Shown piece after piece: positions 1 through 19,829 of a DNA stretch of 64,000 nt. The DNA lies in assembly GCF_009914755.1 (NCBI RefSeq), contig NC_060925.1. The stretch is one strand, 5' to 3'. A model generated the notes under the pieces. It did not search any database and was not told the DNA's origin. It was given only the letters and a program-made list of their open reading frames with translations. The position numbers were made by a program, and so were the translations under genes. How positions within the stretch are numbered: the first letter of the stretch is position 1; each line of letters begins with the position of its first letter. This DNA is from the human T2T-CHM13v2.0 reference genome, Homo sapiens.

Positions 1-2253
1 CATTTGATAGAATTCAACATCTCTTCAAAAAACACTCAACAAACTAGGCATAGACGGAACATACCTCAACATATAAAAGCTATATGACAAACGCACAGCT
101 AACATCGTACCAAATGGGGAAAAATCGGAAAACCTTTCCCCCAAGAACTGGCACAAGCCAAGAATGCCCACTTTCACCACTCCTATTCAACACAGTACTG
201 GAAGTGTTAGTGAGAGCAATTAGGAAAGAGAAAGAAAGAAAAACCATCCAAACAGGAAAACTTGAAGTCAAACTGTCCTTCTTTGACAATGATATGATCT
301 TATATCTAGAAAAACCTATAGGCTCCACCAAAAATCTCTTAGATCTAATAAACAAATTCAGTCGAGTTGAATACAAAATCAACATATAAAAAATCAGTAG
401 GGTTTCCGTACCCCAATAATGAACTAGCTGAGAAAGAAATCAAGAAGGCAATCCCATTTACAATAGCTATAAAAAAAATACCTGGGAATAAATTTAACCA
501 AGGAGGTGAAAGATCTCTATAAGGAAAACTACAAAACTGACAAAAGAAATTCACAAAAAAATAGAAAGACATGCCATGCTCATGAGTTAGAAGAATACTG
601 TTTAAATGACCACACTGCCCAAAGTAATCTACAGATTCAATGCAACCCCTATCAAAATATTGACGTCATTTTTCACAGAAATAGAAAAAATAATTGTAAA
701 ATGTGTATGGAACCAGAAAAGAGCCCAAATAGCTAAAGCAATCCTGAGCAAAAAGAACAAAGCTGGAGGCATCACACTGTCTGACTTCAAAATATATTAT
801 AATGCTATAGTAACCAAGAAAGCATGGTATTGGTATAAAAACAGACACACAGACCAGTGGAACAGAATAGGGAATCCAGAAGTAAATCTAGGTATTTAGA
901 GTCAACTGATACTCAACAAAGATGCCAAGAATACACATTGAGGGAAGGCCATCCTTTTCAATAAATGGTGCTGGAAAAACTGGATATCCATATGCAAGGG
1001 AATAAACTGGATCCCCATCTCTCACCATATATAAAAATCAACTCAAGATGAATCAAATACCTAAATACAAGGCCTGCAACTATAAAACTACTAGATGAAA
1101 ACATAGGGAACTTGGTCTAGACAATGGTTTTATGGCTAAGACTTTGAAAGCAGAGATTAAAAAAAAAAAACAAAAATAGCTAAATGAGACTATATTAAAC
1201 TACAAAGCTTCTGCACAGCAAACAATCAAAAGAGTAAAGAGTCAACCTGTAGAATGTGAAGAAATATCTGCAAATTATCTGACAAGGGACTAATATCCAG
1301 AATATACAAGAAACTCAAACCATTCAATAGTTAAAAAAATAATAATCCTATTAAAAAATGAGTAAAGGATGTGAATAGACATTTCTCAAAAGTAGACAAA
1401 CAAATAGCTAACAGCTACATGAAAGAAATGCTTAACATCACTAATCATCAGGGAAATGTAAATCAAGACCACGAGATACCATCTTATCCCAGTTAGAATG
1501 GTTATTATTAAAAGATTAAAAATTAACAGATGCTGGCAAGGATGCAGAGAAAAACTCTTATACATGGTTAGTGAGAATGTAAATTAGTACAGCCACTATG
1601 GGGCAACAGTATGAAGATTTCATAAAAAACTAAAAACAGAACTAACATACACTTCAGCAATCGCACTACTGGGTATTTATCTAAAGGAAAAGAAATAAGT
1701 GTATCAAAGGTACACCTGCACTTTGATGTTCACTGTAGCACTATTCACAATACCAAAGATATGGAATCAACTGAAGTGTCCATCTACAGATGAATGGATA
1801 AAGAAAATGTGGTATGCATACACAATGGAATACTAGTCAGCTATGAAGAAGAATGAAATCATGACATTTGCAGCAATGTGGATAGAACTGGAGGCCCTTA
1901 TGTCAAGTGAAATAAGCCAGACACAGAAAGACGAATTTTACATGTTCTCATTCATATGTAGGAGCTAAAAAAGTTGATGTCATGAAGGTAGTGGGTAGAA
2001 GGACTGATACCAGAGGCTGGAAAAAGTGTGCTGGTGGGAGGTAGTGATGAAAAGAGTTTGATCAATAGGTATAAACATACAGTTAGATAGAAGGTATAAT
2101 GTTTCATAGCAGAGTAGGGCTTTTACTACAGTTAGCAACAACGCATTGTATATTTCAAGGCAGTTAGAAGAGAGAACCTGAAATGTTCTCCAGGTTATGG
2201 ATACCCCAAATACCCTGACTTGATCATTACACATTCTATACATGCAACAAAAT
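1..2253 (+). mobile_element. L1 (L1MA-type) ORF2 3' half and 3'UTR, continuing left of the window
   Basis: ORF fragments resemble ORF2 RT and C-terminus ([36 protein letters not shown]). L1MA-style 3'UTR at 1950-2250. Confidence 0.9.
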
Positions 2254-2486
2254 ACTTATAAACACAAAAGAAGTCAGGAAAGAAAAAAATAGAGAAACAG
2301 AGCAGATGGGACAAACAGAAAACAAATAGCAAGCTGGTAGACTTAAACACAACCATACCAGTAATTACATTAAATGTAAATGAATTAAACACTGCAATTA
2401 AAAGACAAAGATTATCATACTAGATAAAGACCAAAACCCAACTACACACTGTTTATAAGAGACATGCCTTAAATATAAAGATACAG

Positions 2487-3332
<846 letters not shown>

Positions 3333-3334
3333 CA

Positions 3335-5395
<2,061 letters not shown>

Positions 5396-5612
5396 GACCC
5401 CTCATCTAAGCATTAAAGAATAGTTAATACTAATCTTAAATGCACTCTTTCAGAGAATAAAGGAGAATTTCCCATCTGGTTTTATGCAGCTAATACAACT
5501 ATCTCTATTTGCCAATGATATAATCTTGTATATAAAAATTATAAGGAATCCACTAACAAACTGTCAGAACTAATAGAAGCATTCAGAAAGAATGCAGGAT
5601 ACAGATCAATAA

Positions 5613-5786
<174 letters not shown>

Positions 5787-6025
5787 TAAAAATGAACAAT
5801 CAGAAAAGGAAATGAAGAAAACAATTTCATTTATAACATTAAAAACATAAAATACTTAGTAATAAATTTAACAAAAGAAGTGTAAGACTTGTACACTGAA
5901 AACTATAAAACATCAAATGAAAGAAATTAAATAAGACCTAAATAAATGGGAAGGCATCATGTATTCATGGACTTAATATTTTAAGATGGTACTATTCCCC
6001 AAGCTGATCTATAGATTCAATGCAA

Positions 6026-7811
<1,786 letters not shown>

Positions 7812-9281
7812 TTATTAAAATCTTCACTGCCTTTTTAGCAAAAATGAACACACTGATCCTAAAATTCACATGGAAATTCACGGGGCCCAGAATAGCCAAA
7901 ACAACTTTGAAAAAAGGCGGAAGAATAACACTTCTCAATTTCAAAACTTAACTACAAAGCCATAGTAATCAAGACTGTGTGGTATTAACATAAGGAAAGA
8001 CATACTGATCAATGGAATAAAATTAAGAATCTAGAAATAAACCCTCATATTTATAAACAAATTTATTTTTGACAAGAGTGCTACAATGACTTAATGGGGG
8101 AAAGAACAGTCTTTTCAATAATGGTGGTGAAACAACTGGATATCCATATGTAAAAGAATGAAGTTAGACCCCTACTTCACACTCTACCCAATTAACTCAA
8201 AATAATCAAAGACTTCAATGTAAGAGATAACACTATAAAATTCTTAGAAGAAAAAGGCTTAATCATCATGATCTTTGATTAGACAATGATTTCTTAAAAC
8301 CACAAACAACAACAACAAAAATAAATAAGATCATAAAAATTTAAAACTTTTATGTTTTAAAGGACACTATCAAGCAAGTAAAAACACAATTCAATGAACT
8401 GAAGAAAGTATCTGCAAATCACACATCTGAAACGAGACTTGTATCCAAAACATATAACTCTTATAACTCAATAATAAAGAGACAAATAACACAATTTTAA
8501 AAATAAGCACAAAATCTGAATAGAAATTTCCACAATGAACATATAAAATGACCAATGAGTACATGAAAAGATGCTCAATATCATTAACCATCAAGGAAAT
8601 GAAAATCAAAACCACAGTGAGATGCTACTTCCCATACCTTAGGGTGGCTATAATCAACAAGACAGATGATAACAAGTATTGGCAAGGATGTGGAGAAACT
8701 AGAACTCTCATACATCACTGCTGAGAATATAAAATGGTGCAGCCTCTCTGAAAAACAACAAGCAGTTCCTCAAAAGGTTAAACAGAGAGCTATGCTATGA
8801 CCCAGCAATTCTACTCCTAGGTATACACCTAAGAGGAATGAAAATATATGTGTATATGTCTACATTCAAGAAAGCTCACAGCCCCTTTATTCATAATAGC
8901 CAGACACTGAAGGAAAAAAGACACCTAAATGTCCATCAACAGAACAGATAAAATCCTGGTATATACACGCAATGAAATGTTATACAGCAATAAGGGAACA
9001 ATTGATACATGTAACATGAATGACTCTCACAAATGTTATGTTGAACATAATAAGCTTAATCCAAAAGTATATATACTTTATTATTCCAAATATTTGAATT
9101 TTAAGAAGAGTTAGAACTAATCAGGGGTCACAGAAGTTCAGAATAATAGTCACCTCAGGGTGGAAGTGAAGGATGCATATTGACAGGAAGTAACTTTAGG
9201 GAACAAACTTTCTAGAGGTTCCAGGAATGTTCTAATTTGAAATAGGTGGTAGTTACACAAGGGTATGTGTATGTGTATAGA

Positions 9282-9313
<32 letters not shown>

Positions 9314-9489
9314 AAACACACTGTGCTGTATCCTTAAGATTTGTGTACATTACCTCACTGAATTTATTTTAGACTTAATAATTTTAAATAATGAAGAAAA
9401 AACTTTATGTACAATATTATACTAAATAGCTTTAAAATATATACATGTAAGTAGAAAAAAGATGAAAATGAAATATATACAAATTTTAC

Positions 9490-9697
9490 AGTGAATAGGT
9501 TAAGAGCTTGGGCTCTGGAGTCAGAATATTCAAATCTAGGCTTTGGCCTTCACTAGCTCTATAACTTCTTTAGGCTCCTGCTTCTTCACCAGTAAAATGT
9601 AGAGCATAATATATGCACATTATGGCATTGATGCAATGACTAAAAGAGACAATGCACATAAAATTCTTGACACATAGTAAACACTAAATACTTGTTA
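9490..9697 (+). mobile_element. MIR
   Basis: GGTTAAGAGCTTGGGCTCTGGAGTCAGA head, core GTAAAATG, tail CACATAGTAAACACT. Confidence 0.75.
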
Positions 9698-11108
9698 TAT
9701 CCTACCCAACCCACCCCTCCCCACACAGATACATACTATGTAATGGGATTACAGATGGTTTTATTTATTGCTTTATACTTTTCTCATGTTTTTGAAATCT
9801 TTTATAAGACACAGACAGGCACAAGGTATTCACCGAGAGGGCGCAGGGCTAGTCTATAAACCGTAAGCTTATACAATTTATATGTCATAAAGCCTTTACA
9901 CATTTCTGTACCACTTAAAACGTTTTTCTTTTAAACTGCATAACACCAGTACACAGTACTGACACATACACCACAGATGCTCCTACTCCTCCTACCAATA
10001 AATGTTCAGCATTCAAATACCTTTTAATGTGCTTTGGGGGGTAGTTTTAATCTTTCTTCAGGGCTTGAAAAATCAAAGTTACTCAAGAAGTCAGAGAAGG
10101 GTGTGTGTGTGTGCGTGCGCACGCCCGTAAGCCATATCCTAATCCCAAATGTGGCAAGAACCTAACTTCCAGAGTGGAATTAAAAATCAATACCAAGCAG
10201 TGGAAGAGACAAAACTGTATCCATAATACTGTCAGATAACAAATGAAATCTATACAGCATCTTTCTTAGAAATAAAATTTCAAGCTTCAATTCCATCACA
10301 GTCACACAACATAGAAGCCGCAGTATAAAAAAAAATGTATGAGATAGACTGAAGGGTAAAAAATGACAGGAAAACACAGAGTAGACTTTGACATATCTCT
10401 AATTACCGCTTCGTTTCAGACTAATGGTAAAAATTAGTCTTCAGATAGCTGATAACATCAGACTGTCTGTGCTGAGTTAGTACCAAGATCTGTGGCCAAG
10501 CAAATACTTCCAATAAAATTGATTTTCCTTTTTGGCAACCAATAGGCCAGTCAATAATAATGTTGTTTAAGAAATATAGAGTCATGAGGAGATGAACCTT
10601 TCCTTCCATTTATTATGTTTGTATTGTCTATATTTGAAAAGCGTTTTCAATAACAAAACCAAAGAAGATATTACAAGCAAAAGAGTTATTCTGAGCGCTA
10701 ATCTCCAGAAGCCCTCTGACTTCGAAGCATGTTAGCAACTCAAACTGGAAAAGCCAAAAGCAACCCATTAACTAAAGTTAGATTGTATAGATTATGACTG
10801 TCAAAAGAGAATCAAAGCTGGTGGCTACACACAATGGTCATGTGAATACAAAGGAAAACATTGTGGCAGGCATATAATTCTAACAGATCCGTCCTAAAAA
10901 CCTACACGGAACTTTTACTTTGCATTAAAGCTTAGTGTTTAGTAAAGAATGTTCTATAAAGCCACCTATAGTTTTTGGATTGTTTGTCTCACACTATCCA
11001 AACAAATAGAACGTAAGAAATCCGCAAGGCAAAAACCTCAGGCAATGCCTAACTTGGGGATATTTCCATATACAATACCTCCAAACAATGTGTTTGGTTC
11101 AAAAAACT

Positions 11109-11404
11109 GTTTTGTTGTTTTTTAGAGACAGGGTCTTATGCTCTGTCACCCAGGATGGAATGCAGTGGCACAATCATAGTTCACTGTAACCTCAAACTCC
11201 TGGGCTCAAGTGATCCTCCCACCACAGCCTCCAGAGTAGTTAGGACTACAGGCACCCACCACTACATCTAATTAAAAAAAAATGTGTGGAGATGGGGTCT
11301 CACTATGTTGCCCAGGCTGGTCTCAAACTCCTGGCCTCAAGTGATCCTCCTGACTCAGCCCCCTAAAGTGCTAGAATTACAGGCATGAGCCATCACATCT
11401 GGCC
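11109..11404 (-). mobile_element. AluJ
   Basis: AluJ diagnostics (CTCCTGGGCTCAAGTGATCCTCCC, GGGTCTCACTATGTTGCCC). Confidence 0.92.
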
Positions 11405-12189
11405 AGTTTTTTTTTTTTTCTTTGTTGTTTTAATTTAGTGGTAATAGTGGTTGGGGAAAGCTGGATGTTGAAAAAATGACTTTGAAATTTACACAGAAAA
11501 ATAAATGAGCAAAAATAGTAGAAAGTATTTTGAATGAGTAGTGAAGGAATTTGCCCAACCGGATTTAAAAATATATTTTGAAGCTATAATACTTAAAACA
11601 GTGTAGCACAAATACATGAACAGAAAACCAGAGCAATGGAATGGAAGAACAAGCCCCCAAGATAGACTGAAATACATAAAAGAATTGAGACTATGGTAAG
11701 ACAGTTCAAATTGCTATAGAAAAGATACCAATTATTCCATAAACATTACTGGAACTGGCTAGTCAACTGGACAAAAATAAAGTTGGCACCATCTGGACAA
11801 AAGTAAAATTCCTATTACATACATAGGATACATATATCAATTATAGATGAGTTGATAAAAACCACGAAATAATGAAAGTACTAGAAGAAAATGTGGGGGA
11901 AAATTTAAACAACTATATCACAAAGAAAGTGCAAATTTTCCTTACTATATAAAAAGTTCCTGTAAGGAGAAAAATACCATCAATACAATGGGAAACTGAG
12001 GAAAAGCTATATTAAAAATATAATATACCATTCATCATTCATCAAACAGGCAGAGAACAAAAAGTGTTATGATAAACTATTTGGCATGGCTAGAGAAACA
12101 GGAATTCTCTCACACACTGCTGGTGGAAGTATAAATTGTTACAGTCCATTTACATGGTACTAGTTAACTAAATTATGATACATTCTCCT

Positions 12190-12370
12190 GGGAACTGGTT
12201 GGATGATGGTGCCAATTATGGTGAGTAGTGGGCGGGGAAGGGTGGACTGTTGAAGGATGCTGGTGTTTAGTGTTAGATATTGTGCGTTTGAAGTGTCTGA
12301 GGGATATCAAAGAAGAGATATGTGTGTCTGGAGCTACTGGCTGAGATCTGGGTTGGTGATAAACATTTAT
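12190..12370 (-). mobile_element. L2 fragment
   Basis: GGATGATGGTGCCA...TTTGAAGTGTCTG...GAGATCTGGGTTGG resembles L2. Confidence 0.55.
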
Positions 12371-12524
12371 TCTACTTTCTCTGTGAAATAGGAGGTATTC
12401 TGAAGATAAAGACCAGAAGATTTGGTAGTCAAATTTAATGATGATATTACCATGATTTATGGTAACACCAGTGTTGTGTGATTTTTTTTTATTTTTATTT
12501 TTAGCTTTTTCCAGAACCTAAGTG

Positions 12525-14505
12525 TAAAAAGACAAAGATGCCTATGTTACCACTTCTATTCAACCTAGTACTGAAAGGCCCAGCCGGAGCAATTAGGCAA
12601 GAAAATGAAATAAAAGGTACCCAAATCAGTCATTAGGATGTCTATTGTCAAAAGCACAGAAAACAACAAGTGTGGACAAGGATGCGGAGAAATTTGAATA
12701 TCTGTGTATTACTGGTGGGAATGTAAAATGGTGCAGCTACTGTGGGAAACAATATGGCAATTCCTCAAAAAATTAAACGTAGAATTATCATATGATCAAG
12801 CTATTCTATTTCTAGGGTATATACTCAAAAGAAGTGAAAGCAGGGACTTGAACAGACATTTGTACACCCATGTTCACAGCATCCTTATTCATAATCGCCA
12901 AAAGGTAAAAGCAAACCAAGTGCCACAGATATTGGAATAAACAAAGTATGGTAAATACATACAAATAATATTCGGCTTTAAAAGGGAAGGAAATTTTGAC
13001 ACATGCAACCACATGGATGAACCTTGATGATGTTATGCTGAGTGAAATAAGCCAGTCAAAAAGGGACAAATATTGTATGATTCCACTTATATGAGGTACC
13101 TAGAGTAGTCAAATTCACAGAAATAGAAAGTAGAATGGTAGTTGCCAGGGGCTGAGGGAATGGAGGAATGGGAAATTAGTGTTTAATGGTTAGAGTTTCA
13201 GTTGGGGGAGATGAAAAAGTTCTGGAGATGGGTGGTGGTGATGGGCACACACAATACAAATGTATTTAATGCCACATAACTATACACTTAAAATTGTTAA
13301 AATGGTAAATTTTATGCTATGAGTATTTTACCACAATAAAAAAGAGGAAGAAAACCAAAACCTTAGGTTCTGGAAAGGGGTAAATTTTAATGACCTTGGA
13401 TTTGGCAATGGTTTCTAAAGTATGACACCATAAACAAAAGGAAAAAAGAGAAAACAAATGATAGAGTTCATCAAAATTTACAACCTGTGCATCAAAAGAC
13501 ACCATCAAGAAAATAAAGAGAAAACCCACAAAAAGGGAGAAGACACTTGCAAATCATGTATCTGATAAGGGTCTAGTATCCAGAATATATAAAGCACTCC
13601 TACAACTCAACAACAAAAAGACAAATCACTTTAAAATGGGCAAAGACTTAAACAGACATTTCTCCAGAAAAGATATGCAAATAGTCAACAAGCGTATGAA
13701 AAGGTACTCCATATCATTAGTCATTAGGGAAATGTAAATCAAAATTATACCATGATGAGATATCACTTCATACCCACTAAAATAGTTATTTTTAAAAAAG
13801 CAAAAATAACAAGTATTGGTGAGGATGTGGTGAAACTGGAAGCATCATACACAGCTGCTGGGCATGAAAAATGGTGTAGCTCCTATGGAAAACAGTTTGT
13901 CAGTTGCTCAAAAAGTTAAACATCAAATTACCATATGACCCAGTAACTCCACTCCTATGTCTACAACCAAAAGAACTGACAACAGGTATTCAAATAAAAA
14001 TACAAGGACACAAATGTTCACAGTGGCATTATTCACAACTGCCAAAAGACAGAAACAACTCAAGCTGCCCATCAATTGATTAATGGATAAACAACATTTG
14101 GGATATCCAAAAAATTCAGCCATAAAAAGGAATGAGGTATTGTTACATGTTACAATATAGATACACCTTCAAAACTTTATGCTAAGTAAAAGAAGTCAAA
14201 CACAACCATAAATTTTAAGATTCCCATTTATATAAAATATCCAGAATAGGCAAATCTATAGAAACAGAAAGCAGATTAGTGGTTGCCAAGGTCTGGGGCA
14301 AGGGGAGAAATAAAAAAAATGTTAAAAAGTGACTGCTTAGTGGGAACAGGGTTTTCTTTTGCCGTGACAACAGTATTACGGAACTATATAGTAGCAATGA
14401 TTACACAACATTGTGAAATGTACTAAACGCCACTGAATTGCACATTTCAAAAGAGTTAATCTGGTAAATTTTATGTTATGCGAATTATACTTCAATTTAA
14501 AAAAT
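12525..14505 (+). mobile_element. Two adjacent L1MB-type 3' ends (about 12625-13345 and 13345-14505)
   Basis: Two copies of the L1MB 3'UTR (AGTGAAATAAGCCAGTCA...GGTAAATTTTATG). The second ends about 25 bp from the ACBD6 exon donor. Confidence 0.8.
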
Positions 14506-14530
14506 AAAAGCTCTTCTTTATCACTCTTAC

Positions 14531-14620
14531 CTGACAGTTAATGTCAGCTCTATGTTGCAGCAACACTGTGACTAGTTCCTTATGTCCTCGATCACAGGCC
14601 CAGTGAAGTAGAGCCCTACC
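14531..14620 (-). CDS. ACBD6: ACBD6 internal coding exon (probably exon 6), 90 nt, GRALLHWACDRGHKELVTVLLQHRADINCQ (ankyrin repeat)
   Basis: Minus strand ...gtgtttttag|GGTAGGGCT...AACTGTCAG|gtaaga. Phase 0/0. Ankyrin-repeat pattern GxxxLHxAxxxGHxExVxxLLxxxADxN. Confidence 0.97.
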
Positions 14621-14781
14621 CTAAAAACACAGAAGATAAATGAATTTGTTATCTCAGTTGTGGAGCCATGTAAAAGATATAATGTTTTAAGAAAGACAAG
14701 GAAATATAAAAAATTATGGGTTAATTATTCTAAGAATGATTGATATAAAAAATGCACTATGGAAAAAGCAATAAACAATCA

Positions 14782-15107
<326 letters not shown>

Positions 15108-16265
15108 AAAACAATCAATAGGAAGCCCCAATATCTACTTCTGGGTCTGTACTAGCCCAATGCCTGCTTTCAGCTCAATCAGTTCACTTACAGAGTGGAG
15201 ATAATGATAGTAATAACAACAATAATATAAATAATACCTGCTAAATGAACTGTAAGAAAATGCTTTGTAAACTGTACTTTAAATATAAAGTATAGTTTTC
15301 TTAAATATTATGTCCATTTCTTTTTTTCTGGAAAGAAATCATAAGAATAAAAAAGCAAGCACTTAAACCTAGGTAGAAATCATAATCTAAATGTATGATA
15401 ACTAAATTTCCTCGAGTTCATTCCTTAAAAAGATTATTTAACCAGTTTGAAAATAAGCATTTCTCCTTACTATTGCAAGTTTACACTCTGAAATACCTCA
15501 AAAACACTAGTACAATCTATCAGTGTCTATCACCAAACAGTTGACTGTGAAAGCCACTTGTAAAAGAGAATGGATGACTAAATATTAGGAGATAAAGTAC
15601 TAAATATGAAATATTAATTTTAACACTTGTCTACCAAAGACTCACAGTTACTATTACGTGTGTTATTTCTATTCTCTACTGCCAGAAAATCTTGTTTTAG
15701 TTAATGAAAAAAAGCCTACTTGGTTCAAAAGAATAAACAAAACCCCAAAAGCTAAGGGCTTTTCTGAATAAATGAGTGATGCATGGCTTACTACTTTCTG
15801 AGGATGGTGATGATGTTGTCATTTATAAAGAATGGAATGTTTTTCCACATTAAGTTGACATCCCTACTTTATGTGATTTTAGAAAAGATTTAAATAGATA
15901 TAAGCTAGGGCAAGGATTGATTTAAAGTAAAAAGCACCTTTCAAGAAATAGCTTTTCTAAAACTGCCTACATTCTTTTTATCATTCAGACTTTCTTCACA
16001 TACCTATTATTTCAAATAATTAAACTAGGATCTATTCTTTAAACAAAAAACAAAGTAGGAAAACTTCTTCCCTACAAATTGTCTTCTTCTTTTGCTTTCA
16101 TTTGCTTGATTTACTTTTATTTACCTGTAAATATCTGTTTTCTAATAAGCTTACACAAAATCCTAAGAGGGGGGAAAGCAGAGAAAAAGTGTGGTCAAAT
16201 CATTCACAATTTATTGTAGTATCAAAATAAAAAAAATTTATTTTGCCTTGTTCAGAGCCCACTAG

Positions 16266-16578
<313 letters not shown>

Positions 16579-18514
16579 CAGAAGTTATTTTTCAGTGGAG
16601 ACAATTCTAAAAGTCCAGGTGAAAATGTATTGTTGAGTTCTAGAGCAGTATCCTATGTTAAAATTTTTGTAGCTCTAATGTGACCTGCTGTTACTAGGGC
16701 TCTAATTCAGAAATCCTCCATATGAACAATTAGATATTTTAATGAGACTCTGAATAAATACTAATGAATAAAATATTCTACAGGTCCATGTTATTGTTTC
16801 ACAGCATTTATTAATACATTAAAAGAATCAGACAAAATTTCAAAGTCTATCATTTTTAGTTCTAATTGTAAGTGTGCATTTTATGGCTATTAGGTTAAAC
16901 TATTGACAAGAGTTACTACATAGTTAAGACGATGTGTGATATATTTACATAGGGTACTTACAAAAACTATGTAATAGTTAAGTAGGACAACATAATATGT
17001 CTTGTACTTTTACCATAAGATGTATAGATAATTTCTATCTCTCAGCCACGTTCCTGAATTTTCCTTAGGTTTGACCCAATAGGGTTATATCAACTAAAGC
17101 TAAAATGTAAATCCTTAGCTGTTTCAATGGTAAAGCTGACAAGCAACACATTTTACTGTTAATGGGAGTTATATTTTAAATTTCCCATATTTTAAATTTT
17201 CCATGTGATGCCAAAAATTTACTTTAGGGGAAACACCTATGACTGGACCTCCATAGTGATTTTCACTTTGGATATATTTTCCAGAAGCGGGGCACATGTA
17301 TAGCAATGTTTTAAGAAGGATGATGTGCTCTCAGACATTTACACCATACTTTTTAACACATTTTCTGACCTGCAATGCAATTAATTCTTGTAACACATTA
17401 TTTTAATGGTACACTAATTAACCTTGAATTAGAATGAATTCTCTGACAATGACTTTCTGTAGAAGCACTGAAGATATCTACATTAAGACCACCTAATGAT
17501 TAATATTCCATGCAGTATTAAAAAGCTCAAAAACAAGAGTAGGATTAAACATACTTGTAAATAAACACAGACAAAACAAATCAGGCTTTGGAATTTTAAC
17601 CTTCAAGATGCTCTATATTTAAATGAACAAAAACCAGCAAAATGAGGTGTCTGTGATACCTTTTACTTCTTCAAATTATAAAATTCCTATAAACATGCTC
17701 TAATTTAAGATTATTATTCACTCACTAACATAACCAGTAATTTGCAGAGATGCTATCCTTATAATTAATCATGATAAAATCAGGAAATAAACACCTGTGG
17801 TTTCTTTCCTTTCTCTTTGTTAACCACAAACACACCTAGACCAATACAATTATTAAACTATTTTAGGTAAAGAATTCCAAAATCTCTCCTCCAGAAGGAA
17901 AACCATGACTTAGGTGTGCATTAAAGCTATATCTTCTAAGACTTTATCTAAATTTATGAACTATTTTACATATTTGTCTATATAATTGTTTTATCTTTTT
18001 CCATGAGTGATATAATCTCTTATAAATTTTCAAGTTAAATTTATTTTTATTGCTACCAAAATAAGTGACAATTCTTTGTTTCTAATTTTTAAAACTCTTC
18101 TGGAAAAATATCCCAGAAGTATTCAGGAGATTGGTGAGGGAGAGCCATTATTAAAAGGAACCTTTGTTAGGCCACCAGAAGACCACGAACACTGGAGAGC
18201 CCTGAATAAATTCTGAAACTCAAATACAGTAAGATGCAGGGAGAAAAAGAGTTCTCATCTATTAACCAAGGGTGCTAACACTGTCCTACCTCAGACAGAT
18301 GAATGACTCTAAAGTGCTTTGAAAGTGCAGGGTAGCAGCTAACCTATTAAGTGGTATTACTTTCATACCTTCTGGAAAATACAGAGAGCACATCTTAAGA
18401 TATGAAATGCTTCTCTGATTTCCTTTGTAACTCGTCCATAAACCATGTAGAATTTTTTTTTAATTAGACTTTTCTCCTCAATATCACAAAATTAAAAAAA
18501 AGAGAAGAGATTCT

Positions 18515-18817
18515 GGCCAGGCGCGGTGGCTTACATCTGTAATCCCAGCACTTTGGGAGTCCGAGGAGGGAAGATCACCTGAGGTGAGGAGTTCGCAACA
18601 AGCCTGGCCAACATGGTGAAATGCTGTCTCTACTAGAAATACAAAAAATTAGTGGGGTGTGGTGGTGCGCGTGCCTGTAATCCCAGCTACTTGGGAGGGT
18701 GAAGGCAGGAGAATCGCCTCAACCTGGGAGGTGGAGGTTGCAGTGAGATGAGATCGTGCCACTGTACTCCAGCATGGGCAACAGAGCAAAATTCTGTCCA
18801 GAAAAAAAAAAAAAAAA
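18515..18817 (+). mobile_element. AluS
   Basis: Full dimer with poly(A). Confidence 0.94.
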
Positions 18818-19549
18818 TGGTAAGGGGAGGGGAGAGGAGGGAAGGAAGGAGATTCTATTATAAAATGAGTCTTGATGTTCTTATGATATTTTGAGATCAA
18901 ATACAAAGTACATATACCATACGTATAACAGATAAAAACATGGCAAATTTGGTATATTTAAATTTGTAAGAGTTGTCCTGTCATTCTATCAAACACATAT
19001 AGTATATGGTATGGTACTGTCTAATTAGCAAATGAAATACTGCAAACAGGTAGATCTGAATTTCTCTCTGCAAAAAAATTGGGTATCAATTTATAATTGT
19101 AGTAGAGCTTGACTTCAACTACCAACAACCTGTAATGTCCCCATCTCCTCTGTACTATCTTCTACCTTTTGCTGCTACTACTGTAGCAGCTGGCCATAGT
19201 GAGAACTCCCCTACCTGCAATCACCAGAAATTACACAATGCCTCCTTCTTTCACTTCCCTGTCCATAGTGAAATGACAATGTTATTTCAAGCACTTAGGA
19301 ATAAGATTGAAAGATAGTCTAACATCTCAAGATTATACCTAGCATGGAAGCCAATGACTGCTTGTGGGATAATTTACTTACGAGCATTATAAAGAAAATC
19401 ACACACCAGTATGTGTGATACACACTTAAAATCAGCAACTACTGGATCTTGATCTCTTTCACTGGCAAAGATCTAGGGTAGGGGAAAATGGTGTTGCTTA
19501 TTTGTCAGGAAATTGAGAAAGATTTTGAATACACTACTTTAAAAAATCT

Positions 19550-19829
19550 GGCTGGGTGCGGTGGCTCATGCCCATAGTCCCAGTATTTTGGAAGGCCAAA
19601 GCGGGCAAGTATGAGACCAGCCTGGGGAACATGGTGAAACCCCATCTCTACAAAAATTAGCTGGACATGGTGGCACACTTCTGTAGTCCCAGCTACTCAG
19701 GAGGCTTGGCTCAACAGGAGAATCACTTAAGCCCATGAAGTCATGGCTGCAGTGAGCCGTGATCGACGTCACTGTACTCCAGCCTACGCAACACAGTGAC
19801 ACTCTGTCTCAAAAGAAAAAAAAAAAAAA
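19550..19829 (+). mobile_element. AluJ-like, with small internal deletion
   Basis: Diverged dimer, TSD AAAAAATC. Confidence 0.88.
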
